Positions 1 to 13,500 of a stretch of DNA of 64,000 bases are shown here, in pieces. Positions within the stretch are counted from its first letter, which is position 1. Each line of letters opens with the position of its first letter. Both the position numbers and the translations under genes were made by a program. Source of the stretch: Octopus sinensis (taxonomy: Eukaryota); the NCBI RefSeq assembly GCF_006345805.1, contig NC_043025.1, positions 14,942,001-15,006,000 on the forward strand, given 5' to 3'. The notes below the pieces were generated by a model. That model searched no databases. It worked only from the letters and a program-made list of their open reading frames with translations, and was not told where the DNA came from.

Positions 1-226
1 GTTGTCAAGCAATGCTAGGGGGGCAAATACAGACACACAAGCACATACATACATATATATACATATATACGATGGGCTTCTTTCAGTTTCCGTCTACTAA
101 ATCCACTCACAAGGCATTGGTCGGCCCGGGGCTATAGCGGAAGACACTTGCCCAAGATGCCACGCAGTGGGACTAAACCCGGAACCATGTGGTTGGTTAG
201 TGAGCTACTTACCACACAGTCACTCC
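1..226 (-). mobile_element. tRNA-derived SINE, family 1 (5' half; cut by the window edge)
   Basis: Reverse complement reads AGGAGTGACTGTGTGGTAAGTAGC...GGGTTTAGTCCCACTGCGTGGCATCTTGGGCAAGTGTCTT (A box, B box, CORE-like CTTGGGCAAGT). The same sequence occurs more than 40 times in the window. Confidence 0.9.
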
Positions 227-227
227 T

Positions 228-540
228 TCGTTTACGACGACAAGTGTTCCAGTCGATCTGGTTGACGGAACAACCTCCTTGTGAAATTAACACGCAAGTG
301 GCTGAGTGCTCCACAGACACGTGCACCCTTAACGTAGTTCTCAGGAAAATTCAGTGTGATACAGAATGTGACAGGAGTGGTCCTTTGAAATATGAGTACA
401 ACTCGTTTTGCCAGCTGAGTGGAGTGGAGCAATGTGAAATAAAGTGTCTTGCTCAAGGCCACAATACCCCATTAAGGATCGAACTGCTGACCATATGATT
501 GTAAGCTGAACACCCTAACCACTAAGCCATGTACCTTCAC
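228..540 (-). mobile_element. tRNA-derived SINE, family 2 (CORE-like)
   Basis: Minus strand starts GTGAAGGTACATGGCTTAGTGGTTAGGGTG...AGTTCGATCC...CCTTGAGCAAGACACTT. A homologous copy lies at 43220-43505 (+). Confidence 0.8.
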
Positions 541-661
541 CATATATATATATATACCGGAGTAAACACATAAATGTGAAACAAGGTGGAAAAAAAGAGT
601 ACTCAAATACCAGGAGTAGAGTAATATGCTTTATTTAAAAGCAGCAGAAATTCAACAAAAC

Positions 662-699
662 CTGTTACTCGGAGTTTCACGTTCCCGTTTGTTGGACAG
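662..699 (-). ncRNA. Decayed minimal type-I hammerhead ribozyme motif
   Basis: Minus strand CTGT-CCAACAA-ACG-GGAA-CGT-GAAAC-TCCGA-GT-A-ACAG. Stems I (CTGT/ACAG), II (ACG/CGT) and III (AC/GT) are intact; the CTGACGA core has three substitutions. Confidence 0.5.
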
Positions 700-722
700 T
701 ATTAACAAAACTTTTAAATAAA

Positions 723-811
<89 letters not shown>

Positions 812-1202
812 TATATATATATATACCTTACAAAATAAGGGACAAAGAAAAATTTTAATGCCAAATATGCCGAAAAAAGACAAAATTGTCAATAACCATT
901 ATAATTTATGTGTCTCGAAACAAGCCGATAGAAATTCCTAAAAAATCCCTTATTACCATATTGGTCCCAATTTTGGGGTTAATTCATAAGAATTTTCCCC
1001 TCCTCAGCGATAAATACATTAGATATAAATGAAATACTTACTCATACCCATGGAAAAAGCAAGCACTAAGTCCTGAGCAGACCTAAGTACCCCAAATATA
1101 TCCAAAATAGAAAATCTTCAGCACATCTCAAGACATGTGTGATTCGAACTAGAAACTTTCACAGACTGAGAGAACCCGGAAGTGATTTTATCCTACATTA
1201 GT

Positions 1203-1242
<40 letters not shown>

Positions 1243-1425
1243 CACACACACACACATAATTTTATATATACATATAAGTTCAGCAAAATTTAGATTCAGA
1301 TGAATATGGTACTTAAGTCAAAGAATATGGTACTTAAATGAAGTAGCATGAAACGATTGTACTAAATTACCTTAGATATACTTGTTGCTTATTTTGATAA
1401 TACATATACATATATATACATGCAC

Positions 1426-1595
1426 ATAAAAAGCACCTACTACACTCTCAGAGTGGTTGGCATTAGGAAGGTCATCCAGCTTTGGAAACCTTGCCAGATC
1501 AGATTGGAGCGTGGTGCAGCCTTCTGGCTTGCCAGTCCTCAGTCAAACCGTCAACCCATGCCAGCAGGGAAAGCAGATGATGATGATGATGATAT
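1426..1595 (+). mobile_element. 3' UTR fragment of an RTE-clade LINE
   Basis: GAGTGGTTGGCATTAGGAAGGTCATCCAGCT... ending in (GAT)n; the same terminus follows an RTE ORF at 51801-53028. Confidence 0.75.
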
Positions 1596-1689
1596 GCCAA
1601 ATCTGGTTGCAGCTTACCAGGCCTGGTCAAACTGTCCAAACCATGGACAACAGACATTTAATGATGATGATAATGATGATGATGTTACT

Positions 1690-1766
1690 ATTATTATTCA
1701 GGTCACTGACTGGAACTGAACTTGGAATCTTGGGATTAGTAGCCTGCGCTCTTAATCACTACACCA
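1690..1766 (-). mobile_element. Short tRNA-like SINE with (AAT)n tail
   Basis: Minus strand GGTGTAGTGATTAAGAGCGCAGGCTACTAATCCCAAGATTCCAAGTTCAGTTCCAGTCAGTGACCTGAATAAT; second copy at about 3450-3510. Confidence 0.65.
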
Positions 1767-1777
1767 ATTTTAGGCCT

Positions 1778-2467
1778 TTATGAATCTAATATTTTCTTAT
1801 CCTTCCTTAATACCGGTTCCCATATGCTATCCATATCTGCACTCAGTCTGCAGAGGAGGTTATTAGGTCCTAGCATATGTGCTGCCTCTTTTAGTTTTCC
1901 TATTTTCCAGTGGCGTTCTCTCTCTATTATTTTAACTTCATCCCACAGAGGGAGGTGGTCTCCATTTTACGATACGGGATTTATCTATCTTTGCGATGTT
2001 TCTCTACCCTTATTTTGAGGGGGCAGCATATTTCTCCTTTGTATAACATACCACGGCTGCATGGGATGGAGTACACGCAGTCTTTGGTCATATTCTCTTC
2101 TATTGGTGGTTTTACTTGAAGGAGATATTTGCAAAGTGTTGTATCATTCTTGAATACTGTTCTGATGTCATATGGGCCACAAATCTTTTGTATCTTTTCG
2201 GAGAGGCCTTTTACAGAGGGTAGACAGACTGTGGTCAGTTTATTGGTTTCATCCTCTCTTCATAATTGGAGTGGATAGTATCTTTTCGGGGTAGTTGTTG
2301 CTTAAGAGATTGTTATTGAGCTTGATCATTTCCTCATGGTGTGTACCAGGACTGCTACTTATATTCTTTGCTCAATGTTTTAGGTACTGAGCAATCCCCC
2401 TCTCTACACTGTATGGATGGTAGGAATTGAAAATGAGGTATCGTCCAGTGAAGGTTGGCTTGTAGTA
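1778..2467 (-). mobile_element. Penelope-like element ORF remnant (RT C-terminus + GIY-YIG endonuclease), disrupted
   Basis: Manual translation gives YYKPTFTGRYLIFNSYHPYSVERGI...LPSVKGLSEKIQKICGPYDIRTVF...KDCVYSIPCSRGMLYKGEICCPLKIRVEKHRK...LWDEVKIIERERHWKIGKLKEAAHM. This contains the Penelope KPTxTxRYLxFxSxHP motif and the VYxIxC..G..YxGE GIY-YIG motif, with stops and frameshifts. Confidence 0.88.
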
Positions 2468-2524
2468 TAAGGCGGTGAACTGGCAGAATTGTTAGCATGT
2501 CGGGCGAAATGCTTAGCAGTATTT
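2467..2524 (+). mobile_element. Head-only fragment of SINE family 3
   Basis: TAAGGCGGTGAACTGGCAGAATTGTTAGCATGTCGGGCGAAATGCTTAGCAGTATTT matches the head of the copy at 41298 and ends at the internal (G)GTATTT site. Confidence 0.7.
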
Positions 2525-2590
2525 ATACATACACATACATATACATACATTTACATACATACATTTACATATATATATACATACATTTAC

Positions 2591-2643
<53 letters not shown>

Positions 2644-2833
2644 AAATACAAAACAAAAACGGAACAAGAGTGTAACAAGTAACAACAAACATCGGACATT
2701 TAGACACATATATATACATATATATACATATATATATACACATATATATATACACATATATAATATACATATATATATATTACACATATAAAATACACAT
2801 ATTATATATACACATATATACATATACACATAT

Positions 2834-2884
<51 letters not shown>

Positions 2885-3357
2885 TATATATATATATACA
2901 CATACATTATATACATATACATACTACATACATACACAATATATATTATATAATATATATATACAAAATATATATACATATATATATATACATACATTAT
3001 ACATATATATACATATATATATACATAAAATACATATATATATACATACATATATATATATACATATATATATATATTACATATATATATACATATATAT
3101 ATCTATATACAGTATACATATATATATATTACATATACATATATATACATACATTTACCATATTATAGATATATATACATACATTTACTTAATAGATAAA
3201 TACATATACATATATATATATACATACATATACATATATATATATACATACATTTACATATATTATATATACATACATTTCATATATATATATACATACA
3301 TTTACATATATATATATTATATATATATAGATATATATATATATATATATATATATA
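2525..3357. repeat. Compound (TA)/(TACA) microsatellite tract
   Basis: Direct inspection; it explains the YIYI ORFs in the track. Confidence 0.95.
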
Positions 3358-3530
3358 CCTCCAGCCTTGTCAAGTGTCTTGGGAATTTTGAACCTGGTTC
3401 TCTTCCTAAGGGTATTTTTCATGTTATTATTATTATTATTATTATTTATATTCAGGTCACTGCCTGGAATCGAACTTGGAATCTTGGAGTTAGTAGCCTA
3501 TACTCTTAAAACAATATGCCATATGGACCG

Positions 3531-3615
<85 letters not shown>

Positions 3616-3686
3616 AACAAAACAACAACAACAACAACATTGAAAAATACCTTAGGAATGAGAACCCAGGTTCGAAATTTCTCCAA

Positions 3687-3732
3687 GACACCTGATGAAG
3701 GCTGGAGGGTATATCAGCTGAAACGTTGTATT
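3687..3732 (+). ncRNA. Minimal hammerhead ribozyme motif in a Penelope-type inverted terminus
   Basis: GACAC-CTGATGA-A-GGCTG-GAGGGTATAT-CAGCT-GAAACGT-T-GTATT. It overlaps the arm at about 3638-3710, which is inverted relative to 3357-3423. Confidence 0.6.
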
Positions 3733-4506
3733 AACAATAAACAAGATGAGGACAAATATCTGGCAAATGTAAATAATGTAAATAATGTATATAGTTCCTC
3801 ATTTCTTAAATATAGAACTGCAATACAGTATTATATATCCATCATGACTGATCTTACCAATTGGTCTCGTGCAAGAAATACAACAGAATCAGAGCTGATA
3901 TGGACAGAATATGGAAATATGGCAGTCACCTTCTTCTTTTCCATATCGGCTAACTCTGATGAGTGTAAGGTTATATAACTGGATTGTTACCTTATTCCTT
4001 CATTGTATTTGTTGAATGAAACCGATTGGTGGGATCAATCATGGTGGATATATAACACTGTACATTTCAGGTAATAAAGCCACTCTATTTGACAGATCTA
4101 TGAATACATCTTTTCTCTGATTTATGTACTCTTAGACAACTCATGCGTACACACAAACACACACACATATAGGAGATCAAAAGTGTACGTATGCTACAAA
4201 AAATGGAATGAGAATGTAAAAGGCAACAACAAAACATCTGAAAAGTTAGATGATACAAGAGATGGACAAGAAAAAACAAGGATGGGTCATTTGGAGCTTT
4301 CTATCGTCGAGGTTGGCCAGATTGGAGCAGTCTTGAGTGTAACTGGCCAAAACTGTAATGATCTGGAACTTGACTGACAATAGAAATCTCCGAATGACCC
4401 GTCTTTGCATTTTCCTGTCCTTTTTTGTATTGTCTAAATGTCCGGATGTTTTGTTGTTACTTGTTTCACTCTTGTTCCATTTTTTGTTTTGTATTTTATA
4501 TATATA

Positions 4507-4908
4507 CTCTCTCACTTGTTTCAGTCATTTGACTGCGGCCATGCTGGAGCACCGCCTTTAGTTGAGCAACTCGACCCCGAGACTTATTCTTTGTAAGCCC
4601 AGTACTTATTCTATCGGTCTCTTTTGCCGAACTGCTAAGTGACGGGGACATAAACACACCAGCTTTGGTTGTCAAGCAATGCTAGGGGGACAAACACAGA
4701 CACACAAACACACACACATATATATATATATATATACTTATATATACGACAGGCTTCTTTCAGTTTCCGTCTACCAAATCCACTCACAAGGCTTTGGTCG
4801 GCCCGAGGCTATAGTAGAAGACACTTGCCCAAGGTGCCACGCAGTGGGACTGAACCTGGAACCATGTGGTTGGTTAGCAAGCTACTTACCACACAGCCAC
4901 TCCTGCGC
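4507..4908 (-). mobile_element. Full-length SINE family 1
   Basis: tRNA head, internal TA/TG microsatellite, and 3' end ...GCTCCAGCATGGCCGCAGTCAAATGACTGAAACAAGT with (AAGAG)-type tail. Confidence 0.92.
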
Positions 4909-4944
<36 letters not shown>

Positions 4945-5694
4945 TGAAATGGATAAATGAATTATCTTGTTACGGATTATTCAAATTATAACCGATACCT
5001 GGGTAGCAAAAATCACAACAGAAAAATCACGGTTGAGGTTACGACCATGGGGTATCGCAACCGTGCCTTAGTGCGGATAATTGAAGTTTTATATATTTAG
5101 TGAGGGAAGAAATGGAGCTGAACGAAGATTTCGCAAAATTCCTTTTTATTATTTTCTACATATGTTTCAAAGGCTGCAAATTCCCTAATTCGGATTGAAT
5201 AAGGAGACCATTTTGCAGCTTTCTCTTCAGGAAAATCCAGGAACTTAAATCTCCAAACAAATGCGCAGCAAGCTTTTCGACAAAAGCTCTCTAGGAGCCC
5301 ATGGTATGAATGGCACAAAACTGTCTCTCAATATGCGTTGACGTCAGGGTGGGTGAAAGCCTACGAAAAAGTCAGTTGAGATAATTCGAGGTCAAAATCC
5401 GGTTAACAGGGGGGGGGTGCAGGAAAATCAAAGAGTGTGAATGTATTCTGTATAACTAGTGTTAATATTCGAATTGTTTTAAGAATGAAAGCTATCGTAT
5501 TTGGGTGTGAGAAACTACCTACATGTATGTGTGTGTGCGCCTATGTATGTGTGGCAGTATGTTTAGGAAGCAGCTAGGGAGAAATATATTGCAGCTATTG
5601 ATGGTCAAGCAGCTGATAAAAACCTGTGTCTGTGTGTTCGTCTGTGACCAGTTTATAGAGAGATGACTTGTCAACAGGGGGCTTCTTCCCTCAC

Positions 5695-5734
<40 letters not shown>

Positions 5735-6182
5735 GATGATGATTTTCTTCCAGTTTTTGTCTACCAAATCCATTCACAAGGCTTTGGTCAGTAGAAGACA
5801 CTTGTCCAAGATGCCATGCAGTGGGACTGAACCTGGGACCATGTGGTTGGGAAGCAAACTTCTTCCTATGCAGCCATATCTTTGCCTATAACCACCATGC
5901 CTATACGTGTATGTTTATATACAACAGGTTTCTTTCTGTTTCTGCCAACCTAGTCCACTCCCAAGGTTGTGGTCATTCCAAGGCTAAAGATGAAGACAAT
6001 TGTTTAAGGTGCCACACAGTGGGACTGAACTTAAATCCATTTGGTTGGGAAGCAAGCTTCTCACCACAAAGCCATGTCTGTGTCTATTGTGTATGGCTTC
6101 ACGTGAGATAGGATACAATAGCAGAACAACGTGGAATGTAATAAAAAATCTCTATTAATAACAACCAGAAAAGAGAAACATA

Positions 6183-6579
6183 GGTGTAGGAGTGGCTGTG
6201 TGGTAAGTAGCTTGCTTACCAACCACATGGTTCCGGGTTCATTCCCATTGTGTGGCACCTTGGGCAAGTGTCTTCTACTATAGCCTCAGGCCGACCAATG
6301 CCTTGTGAGTGGATTTGGTAGATGGAAACTGAAAGAAGCCCGTCGTATATATGTATGTGTGTGTATATGTTTGTGTGTCTGTGTTTGTCTACCCAACATC
6401 GCTTGACAACCGATGCTGGTGTGTTTACGTTCCCGTCACTTAGCGGTTCGGCAAAAGAGATCGATAGAATAAGTACTGGGCTTACAAAGAATAAGTCCTG
6501 GGTTCAATTTGCTCGACTAAAAGGCGGTGCTCCAGCAAGGCCACAGTCAAATGTCTGAAACAAGTAAAAGAGTAAAAAG
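6183..6579 (+). mobile_element. Full-length SINE family 1
   Basis: Complete head-to-tail copy. Its diagnostic variants (GTCTACCCAAC, TTACGTTCCCGT, GAGATCGATAG, GGTTCAATTTG) recur at 9370-9611. Confidence 0.92.
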
Positions 6580-6699
6580 TATAACGAGATGGTCATTATG
6601 GGTGGAACTTAACGAAGAAGCTGGAGTTAATTTCAATTTGGAGTCCATGTTGAAACGAAAAGATTTGGAAGCAGACAACGGGGATGAATGGGAAATTAA

Positions 6700-6890
6700 T
6701 TGTATTCAATGAAATGAATCTGAGAAAGATTTTGAGAGTGAACTGGCAGATCATGTCACAAATGAAAGATCTGAGACGAGCGAGGTTATGACCATTGCAA
6801 AGATTTTGGCATAGCCTGGATTCCATCTGACTGGCCATGTTCTGTACCTGGCCAATTAGCAGTACTTGAAAACAACCATAGCTTGAGTAC
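6700..6890 (+). mobile_element. Decayed RTE-type RT C-terminal fragment
   Basis: LRKILRVNWQ/DHVTNE(K)ILRRARL with a frameshift; duplicated at about 9735-9925. Confidence 0.55.
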
Positions 6891-6895
6891 TACCT

Positions 6896-7350
6896 GAGTC
6901 CAGAAGCTGGCTACCCACATAGTTCTTGGTCTCAAGCATTTGTCTTATGAAGAAAGGCTGAAGACGCTCGACCATTATTCTCTAGAAAAACGACGACGCC
7001 GTGGTGATCTCATTCTTGCTCACAACATCATAAGCGGAAAGTGTAACCTCTCGAAAGAGCTGTTCTTCACTCCTGTTCCAGAGCGTTGGCTGCGGGGTCA
7101 CTCCGAAAAGCTCTATCTGCAACGATTTCATCTCAATCAAAGGAGAGGGGCTTTCTCCGTCTGGGTTGCAGATCCATGGAATAAGCTGGCGGACGAGATA
7201 GTGAAGATGCCGACGACCGCTCGGTTCAAAGTCTCCCTTGACCACAAGTGGCCTGAACTCTTTGCATGACCACCACCCTGTACATAACTCCATGTCCCCC
7301 TACATGGCCTTGCTTTTGGTTTTTGAGCCAAAAAATTAACTTAACTTAAC
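6896..7350 (+). mobile_element. 5'-truncated CR1-clade LINE (3' end)
   Basis: ORF 6940-7269 SYEERLKTLDHYSLEKRRRRGDLI...WNKL is typical of a CR1 ORF2 C-terminus; (TTAAC)n tail; homologous to 39505-40460. Confidence 0.9.
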
Positions 7351-7540
7351 TGATAACATATGTAAAAAAAAAGGGAAGCCAAAGATCACTTGCTACCTGG
7401 TGGTGGCCATTTCAAGATGACCTGAAGACATTCAGCATTGTGTAGAATGGATTGTGACAGTAGAAGCTGAATGAAAAGCACTGGAGGAAGCTGCTGCCCA
7501 ATGCAGTGAGCAAAAGTCAGTCTGCTTTGAATTGTAGACA

Positions 7541-9611
7541 GGAGCGGCTTGTGTGGTAAGTAGCTGCTAACCAACCACATGGTTCCGGGTTCAGTCCCAC
7601 TGCGTGGCAACCTCGGGCAAGTGTCTTCTACTATAGCCTCGGGCTGACCAAGGCCTTGTGATTGGATTTGGTAGTACGGAAACTGAAAGAAGCCTGTCGT
7701 ATATATGTGTATGTAATATATATATGTAGGAGTGGCTGGGTGGTAAGTAGCTTGCTTACCAAACCAATGGTTCCGGGTTCAGTCCCACTGCGTGGCACCT
7801 TGGGCAAGTGTCTTCTACGATATAGCCTCGGGCCGACCAAAGCCTTGTGAGTGGATTTGGTAGACGGAAACTGAAAGAAGCCTGTCGTATATATGTGTAT
7901 GTATATATATATAGGAATGTGGCTGGTGGTAAGTAGCTTGCTTACCAACCACATGGTTCCGGGTTCAGTCCCACTGCGTGGCACCGCCTCGGGCAAGTGT
8001 CTTCTACTATAGCCTCGGCCGACCAAAGCCTTGTGAGTGGATTTGGTAGACGGAAACTGAAAGAAGCCTGTCGTATATATGTGTATGTATATATATATGT
8101 AGGAGTGGCTGTGTGGTAGTAGCTTGCTTACCAACCACATGGTTCCGGGTCAGTCCCACTGCGTGGCAACTCGGGCAAGTGTCTTCTACTATAGCCTCGG
8201 GCTGACCAAAGCCTTGTGAGTGGATTTGGTAGACGGAAACTGAAAGAAGCCTGTCGTATATATGTGTATGTATATATATATATGTAGGAGTGGCTGGGTG
8301 GTAAGTAGCTTGCTTACCAACCACATGGTTCCGGGTTCAGTCCCACTGCGTGGAACCTCGGGCAAGTGTCTTCTACTATAGCCTCGGGCTGACCAAAGCC
8401 TTGTGAGTGGATTTGGTAGACGGAAACTGAAAGAAGCCTGTCGTATATATGTGTATGTATATATATATATGTAGGAGTGGCTGGGTGGTAAGTAGCTTGC
8501 TTACCAACCACATGGTTCCGGGTTCAGTCCCACTGCGTGGAACCTTGGGCAAGTGTCTTCTACTATAGCCTCGGGCCGACCAAGGCCTTGTGAGTGGATT
8601 TGGTAGACGGAAACTGAAAGAAGCCTGTCGTATATATGTGTATGTATATATATATGTAGGAGTGGCTGTGTGGTAAGTAGCTTGCTTACCAACCACATGG
8701 TTCCGGGTTCAGTCCCACTGCGTGGAACCTTGGGCAAGTGTCTTCTACTATAGCCTCGGGCCGACCAAGGCCTTGTGAGTGGATTTGGTAGACGGAAACT
8801 GAAAGAAGCCTGTCGTATATATGTGTATGTATATATATATGTAGGAGTGGCTGGGTGGTAAGTAGCTTGCTTACCAACCACATGGTTCCGGGTTCAGTGT
8901 CCCACTGCGTGGAACCTCGGGCAAGTGTCTTCTACTATAGCCTCGGCCTGACCAAAGCCTTGTGAGTGGATTTTGGTAGGACGGAAACTGAAGAAAGCCT
9001 GTGGGTTCGTATATATTGGTATGGTATATATATATGTAGGAGTGGCTGGGTGGTAAGTAGCTTGCTTACCAACCACATGGTTCCGGGTTCAGTCCCACTG
9101 CGTGGAACCTCGGGCAAGTGTCTTCTACTATAGCCTCGGGCTGACCAAAGCCTTGTGAGTGGATTTGGTAGACGGAAACTGAAAGAAGCCTGTCGTATAT
9201 ATGTGTATGTATATATATATGTAGGAGTGGCTGGGTGGTAAGTAGCTTGCTTACCAACCACATGGTTCCGGGTTCAGTCCCACTGCGTGGAACCTCGGGC
9301 AAGTGTCTTCTACTATAGCCTCGGGCTGACCAAAGCCTTGTGAGTGGATTTGGTAGACGGAAACTGAAAGAAGCCCGTCTATATATGTATGTGTGTGGTA
9401 TATGTTTGTGTGTCTGTGTTTGTCTACCCAACATCGCTTGACAACCGATGCGTGTGTTTACGTTCCCGTTCACTTAGCGGTTCGGCAAAAGAGATCGATA
9501 GAATAAGTACTGGGCTTACAAGAATAAGTCCTGGGTTCAATTTGCTCGACTAAAAGGCGTGCTCCACCGCAAGGCCACAGTAAAATGTCTGAAACAAGTA
9601 AGAGTAAAAAG
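7541..9611 (+). repeat. Tandem array 1 of SINE-1 heads: 9 units of about 185 bp plus a terminal full-length SINE
   Basis: Heads (GGAG...GGCTG) start at about 7541, 7729, 7914, 8102, 8287, 8474, 8659, 8844, 9039 and 9224. Confidence 0.95.
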
Positions 9612-10571
9612 TATAACGAGATGGTCATTATGGGTGGAACTTAACGAAGAAGCTGGAGTTAATTTCAATTTGGAGTCCATGTTGAAACGAAAAGATTTGG
9701 AAGCAGACAACGGGGATGAATGGGAAATTAATTGTATTCAATGAAATGAATCTGAGAAAGATTTTGAGAGTGAACTGGCAGATCATGTCACAAATGAAAA
9801 GATTCTGAGACGAGCGAGGTTATGACCATTGCAAGAGATTTTGGCATAGCCTGGATTCCATCTGACTGGCCATGTTCTGTACCTGGCCAATTAGCAGTAC
9901 TTGAAAACAACCATAGCTTGAGTACTACCTGAGTCCAGAAGCTGGCTACCCACATAGTTCTTGGTCTCAAGCATTTGTCTTATGAGAAGGCTGAAGACGC
10001 TCGACCATATTCTCTAGAAAAAACGATGACGCCGTGTGATCTCATTCTTGCTCACAACATCATAAGCGGAAAGTGTAACCTCTCGCAAGAGCTGTTCTTC
10101 ACTCCTGTTCCGAGCGTCGGCTGCGGGGTCACTCCGAAAAGCTCTATCTGCAACGATTTCATCTCAATCAAGGAGAGGGGCTTTCTCCGTCTGGGTTGCA
10201 GATCCATGGAATAAGCTGGCGGACGAGATAGTGAAGATGCGACGACCGCTCGGTTCAAAGTCTCCCTTGACCACAAGTGGCCTGAACTCTTTGCATGACC
10301 ACCACCCTGTACATAACTCCATGTCCCCCTACATGGCCTTGCTTTTGGTTTTTGAGCCAAAAAATTAACTTAACTTAACTGATAACATATGTAAAAAAAA
10401 AGGGAGGCCAAAGATCACTTGCTACCTGGTGGTGGCCATTTCAAGATGACCTGAAGACATTCAGCATTGTGTAGAATGGATGTGTGACAGTAGAAGCTGA
10501 ATGAAAAGCACTGGAGGAAGCTGGCTGCCCAATGCAGTGAGCAAAAGTCAGTCTGCTTTGAATTGTAGACA
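9612..10571 (+). repeat. Duplicate of spacer 6580-7540 (RTE remnant + CR1 3' end + unique DNA)
   Basis: Colinear copy starting TATAACGAGATGGTC and ending AATTGTAGACA; it differs mostly by 1-2 bp indels. Confidence 0.93.
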
Positions 10572-13500
10572 GGAGCGGCTGTGTGGTAAGTAGCTTGCTA
10601 ACCAACCACATGGTTCCGGGTTCAGTCCCACTGCGTGGCACCTCGGGCAAGTGTCTTCTACTATAGCCTCGGGCTGACCAAGGCCTTGTGAGTGGATTTG
10701 GTAGACGGAAACTGAAAGAAGCCTGTCGTATATATGTGTATGTATATATATATGTAGGAGTGGCTGGGTGGTAAGTAGCTTGCTTACCAACCACATGGTT
10801 CCGGGTTCAGTCCCACTGCGTGGCACCTTGGGCAAGTGTCTTCTACTATAGCCTCGGGCCGACCAAAGCCTTGTGAGTGGATTTGGTAGACGGAAACTGA
10901 AAGAAGCCTGTCGTATATATGTGTATGTATATATAATATGTAGGATGGCTGGGTGGTAAGTAGCTTGCTTACCACCACATGGTTCCGGGTTCAGTCCCAA
11001 CTGCGTGGCACCTCGGGCAAGTGTCTTCTACTAATAGCCTCGGGCCGACCAAGCCTTGTGAGTGGATTTGGTAGACGGAAACTGAAAGAAGCCTGTCGTA
11101 TATATGTGTATGTATATATATATGTAGGAGTGGCTGTGTGGTAAGTAGCTTGCTTACCAACCACATGGTTCCGGGTTCAGTCCCACTGCGTGGCACCTCG
11201 GGCAAGTGTCTTCTACTATAGCCTCGGCTGACCAAAGCCTTGTGAGTGGATTTGGTAGACGGAAACTGAAAGAGCCTGTCGTATATATGTGTTGTATATA
11301 TATATATGTAGGAGTGGCTGGGTGGTAAGTAGCTTGCTTACCAACCACCATGGTTCCGGGTTCAGTCCCACTGCGTGGAACCTCGGGCAAGTGTCTTCTA
11401 CTATAGCCTCGGGCTGACCAAAGCCTTGTGAGTGGATTTGGTAGACGGAAACTGAAAAGCCTGTCGTATATATGTGTATGTATATATATATGTAGGAGTG
11501 GCTGGGTGGTAAGTAGCTTGCTTACCAACCACATGGTTCCGGGTTCAGTCCCACTGCGTGGAACCTTGGGCAAGTGTCTTCTACTATAGCCTCGGGCCGA
11601 CCAAGCCTTGTGAGTGGATTTGGTAGACGGAAACTGAAAGAAGCCTGTCGTATATGTGTATGTATATATATATATGTAGGAGTGGCTGGGTGGTAAGTAG
11701 CTTGCTTACCAACCACATGGTTCCGGTTCAGTCCCACTGCGTGGAACCTTGGGCAAGTGTCTTCTACTATAGCCTCGTCGGGCCGACCAAGGCCTTGTGA
11801 GTGGATTTGGTAGACGGAAACTGAAAGAAGCCTGTCGTATATATGTGTATGTATATATATATGTAGGAGTGGCTGTGGTAAGTAGCTTGCTTACCAACCA
11901 CATGGTTCCGGTTCAGTCCCACTGCGTGGAACCTTGGGCAAGTGTCTTCTACTATAGCCTCGGGCCGACCAAGGCCTTGTGAGTGGATTTGGTAGACGGA
12001 AACTGAAAGAAGCCTGTCGTATATAGTGTATGTATATATATATGTAGGAGTGGCTGGGTGGTAAGTAGCTTGCTTACCAACCACATGGTTCCGGGTTCAG
12101 TCCCACTGCGTGAACCTCGGGCAAGTTCTTCTACTATAGCCTCGGGCCGACCAAAGCCTTGTGAGTGGATTTGGTAGACGGAAACTGAAAGAAGCCTGTC
12201 GTATATATGTGTATGTATATATATATGTAGGAGTGGCTGGGTGGTAAGTAGCTTGCTTACCAACCACATGGTTCCGGGTTCAGTCCCACTGCGTGGAACC
12301 TCGGGCAAGTGTCTTCTACTATAGCCTCGGGCTGACCAAAGCCTTGTGAGTGGATTTGGTAGACGGAAACTGAAAGAAGCCTGTCGTATATATGTGTATG
12401 TATATATATATGTAGGAGTGGCTGGGTGGTAAGTAGCTTGCTTACCAACCACATGGTTCCGGGTTCAGTCCCACTGCGTGGAACCTCGGGCAAGTGTCTT
12501 CTACTATAGCCTCGGGCTGACCAAAGCCTGTTTAGTGGATTTGGTAGACGGAAACTGAAAAGAAGCTGTCGTATATATGTGTATGTATATATATGATAGG
12601 AGTGGCTGGGTGGTAAGTAGCTTGCTTACCAACCACATGGTTCCGGGTTCAGTCCCACTGCGTGGAACCTCGGGCAAGTGTCTTCTACTATAGCCTCGGG
12701 CTGACCAAAGCCTTGTGAGTGGATTTGGTAGACGAAACTGAAAGAAGCCTGTCGTATATATGTGTATGTATATATATATGTAGAGTGGCTGGGTGGTAAG
12801 TAGCTTGCTTACCAACCACATGGTTCCGGGTTCAGTCCCACTGCGTGGAACCTCGGGCAAGTGTCTTCTACTATAGCCTCGGCTGACCAAAGCCTTGTGA
12901 GTGGATTTGGTAGACGGAAACTGAAGAAGCCTGTCGTATATATGTGTATGTATATATATATGTAGGAGTGGCTGGGTGGTAAGTAGCTTGCTTACAACCA
13001 CATGGTTCCGGGTTCAGTCCCACTGCGTGGAACCTCGGGCAAGTGTCTTCTACTATAGCCTCGGCTGACCAAAGCCTTGTGAGTGGATTTGGTAGACGGA
13101 AACTGAAAGAAGCCTGTCGTTATATGTGTATTATATATATATGTAGGAGTGGCTGGGTGGTAAGTAGCTTGCTTACCAACCACATGGTTCCGGGTTCAGT
13201 CCCACTGCGTGGAACCTCGGGCAAGTGTCTTCTACTATAGCCTCGGGCTGACCAAAGCCTTGTGAGTGGATTTGGTAGACGGAAACTGAAAGAAGCCTGT
13301 CGTATATATGTGTATGTATATATATATGTAGGAGTGGCTGTGTGGTAAGTAGCTTGCCTACCAACCACATGGTTCCGGGTTCAGTCCCACTGCGTGGCAC
13401 CTTGGGCAAGTGTCTTCTACTATAGCCTCGGGCCGACCAATGCCTTGTGAGTGGATTTGGTAGATGAAAACTGAAAAGAAGCCTGTCGTATATTTGTATA

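Noticed and set aside
4275-4405. Hammerhead-like CTGACAA...TCC-GAAT in an inverted repeat (family also at 55310-55345)
   Set aside because: GAAT replaces GAAA and I could not build stems I and III convincingly.
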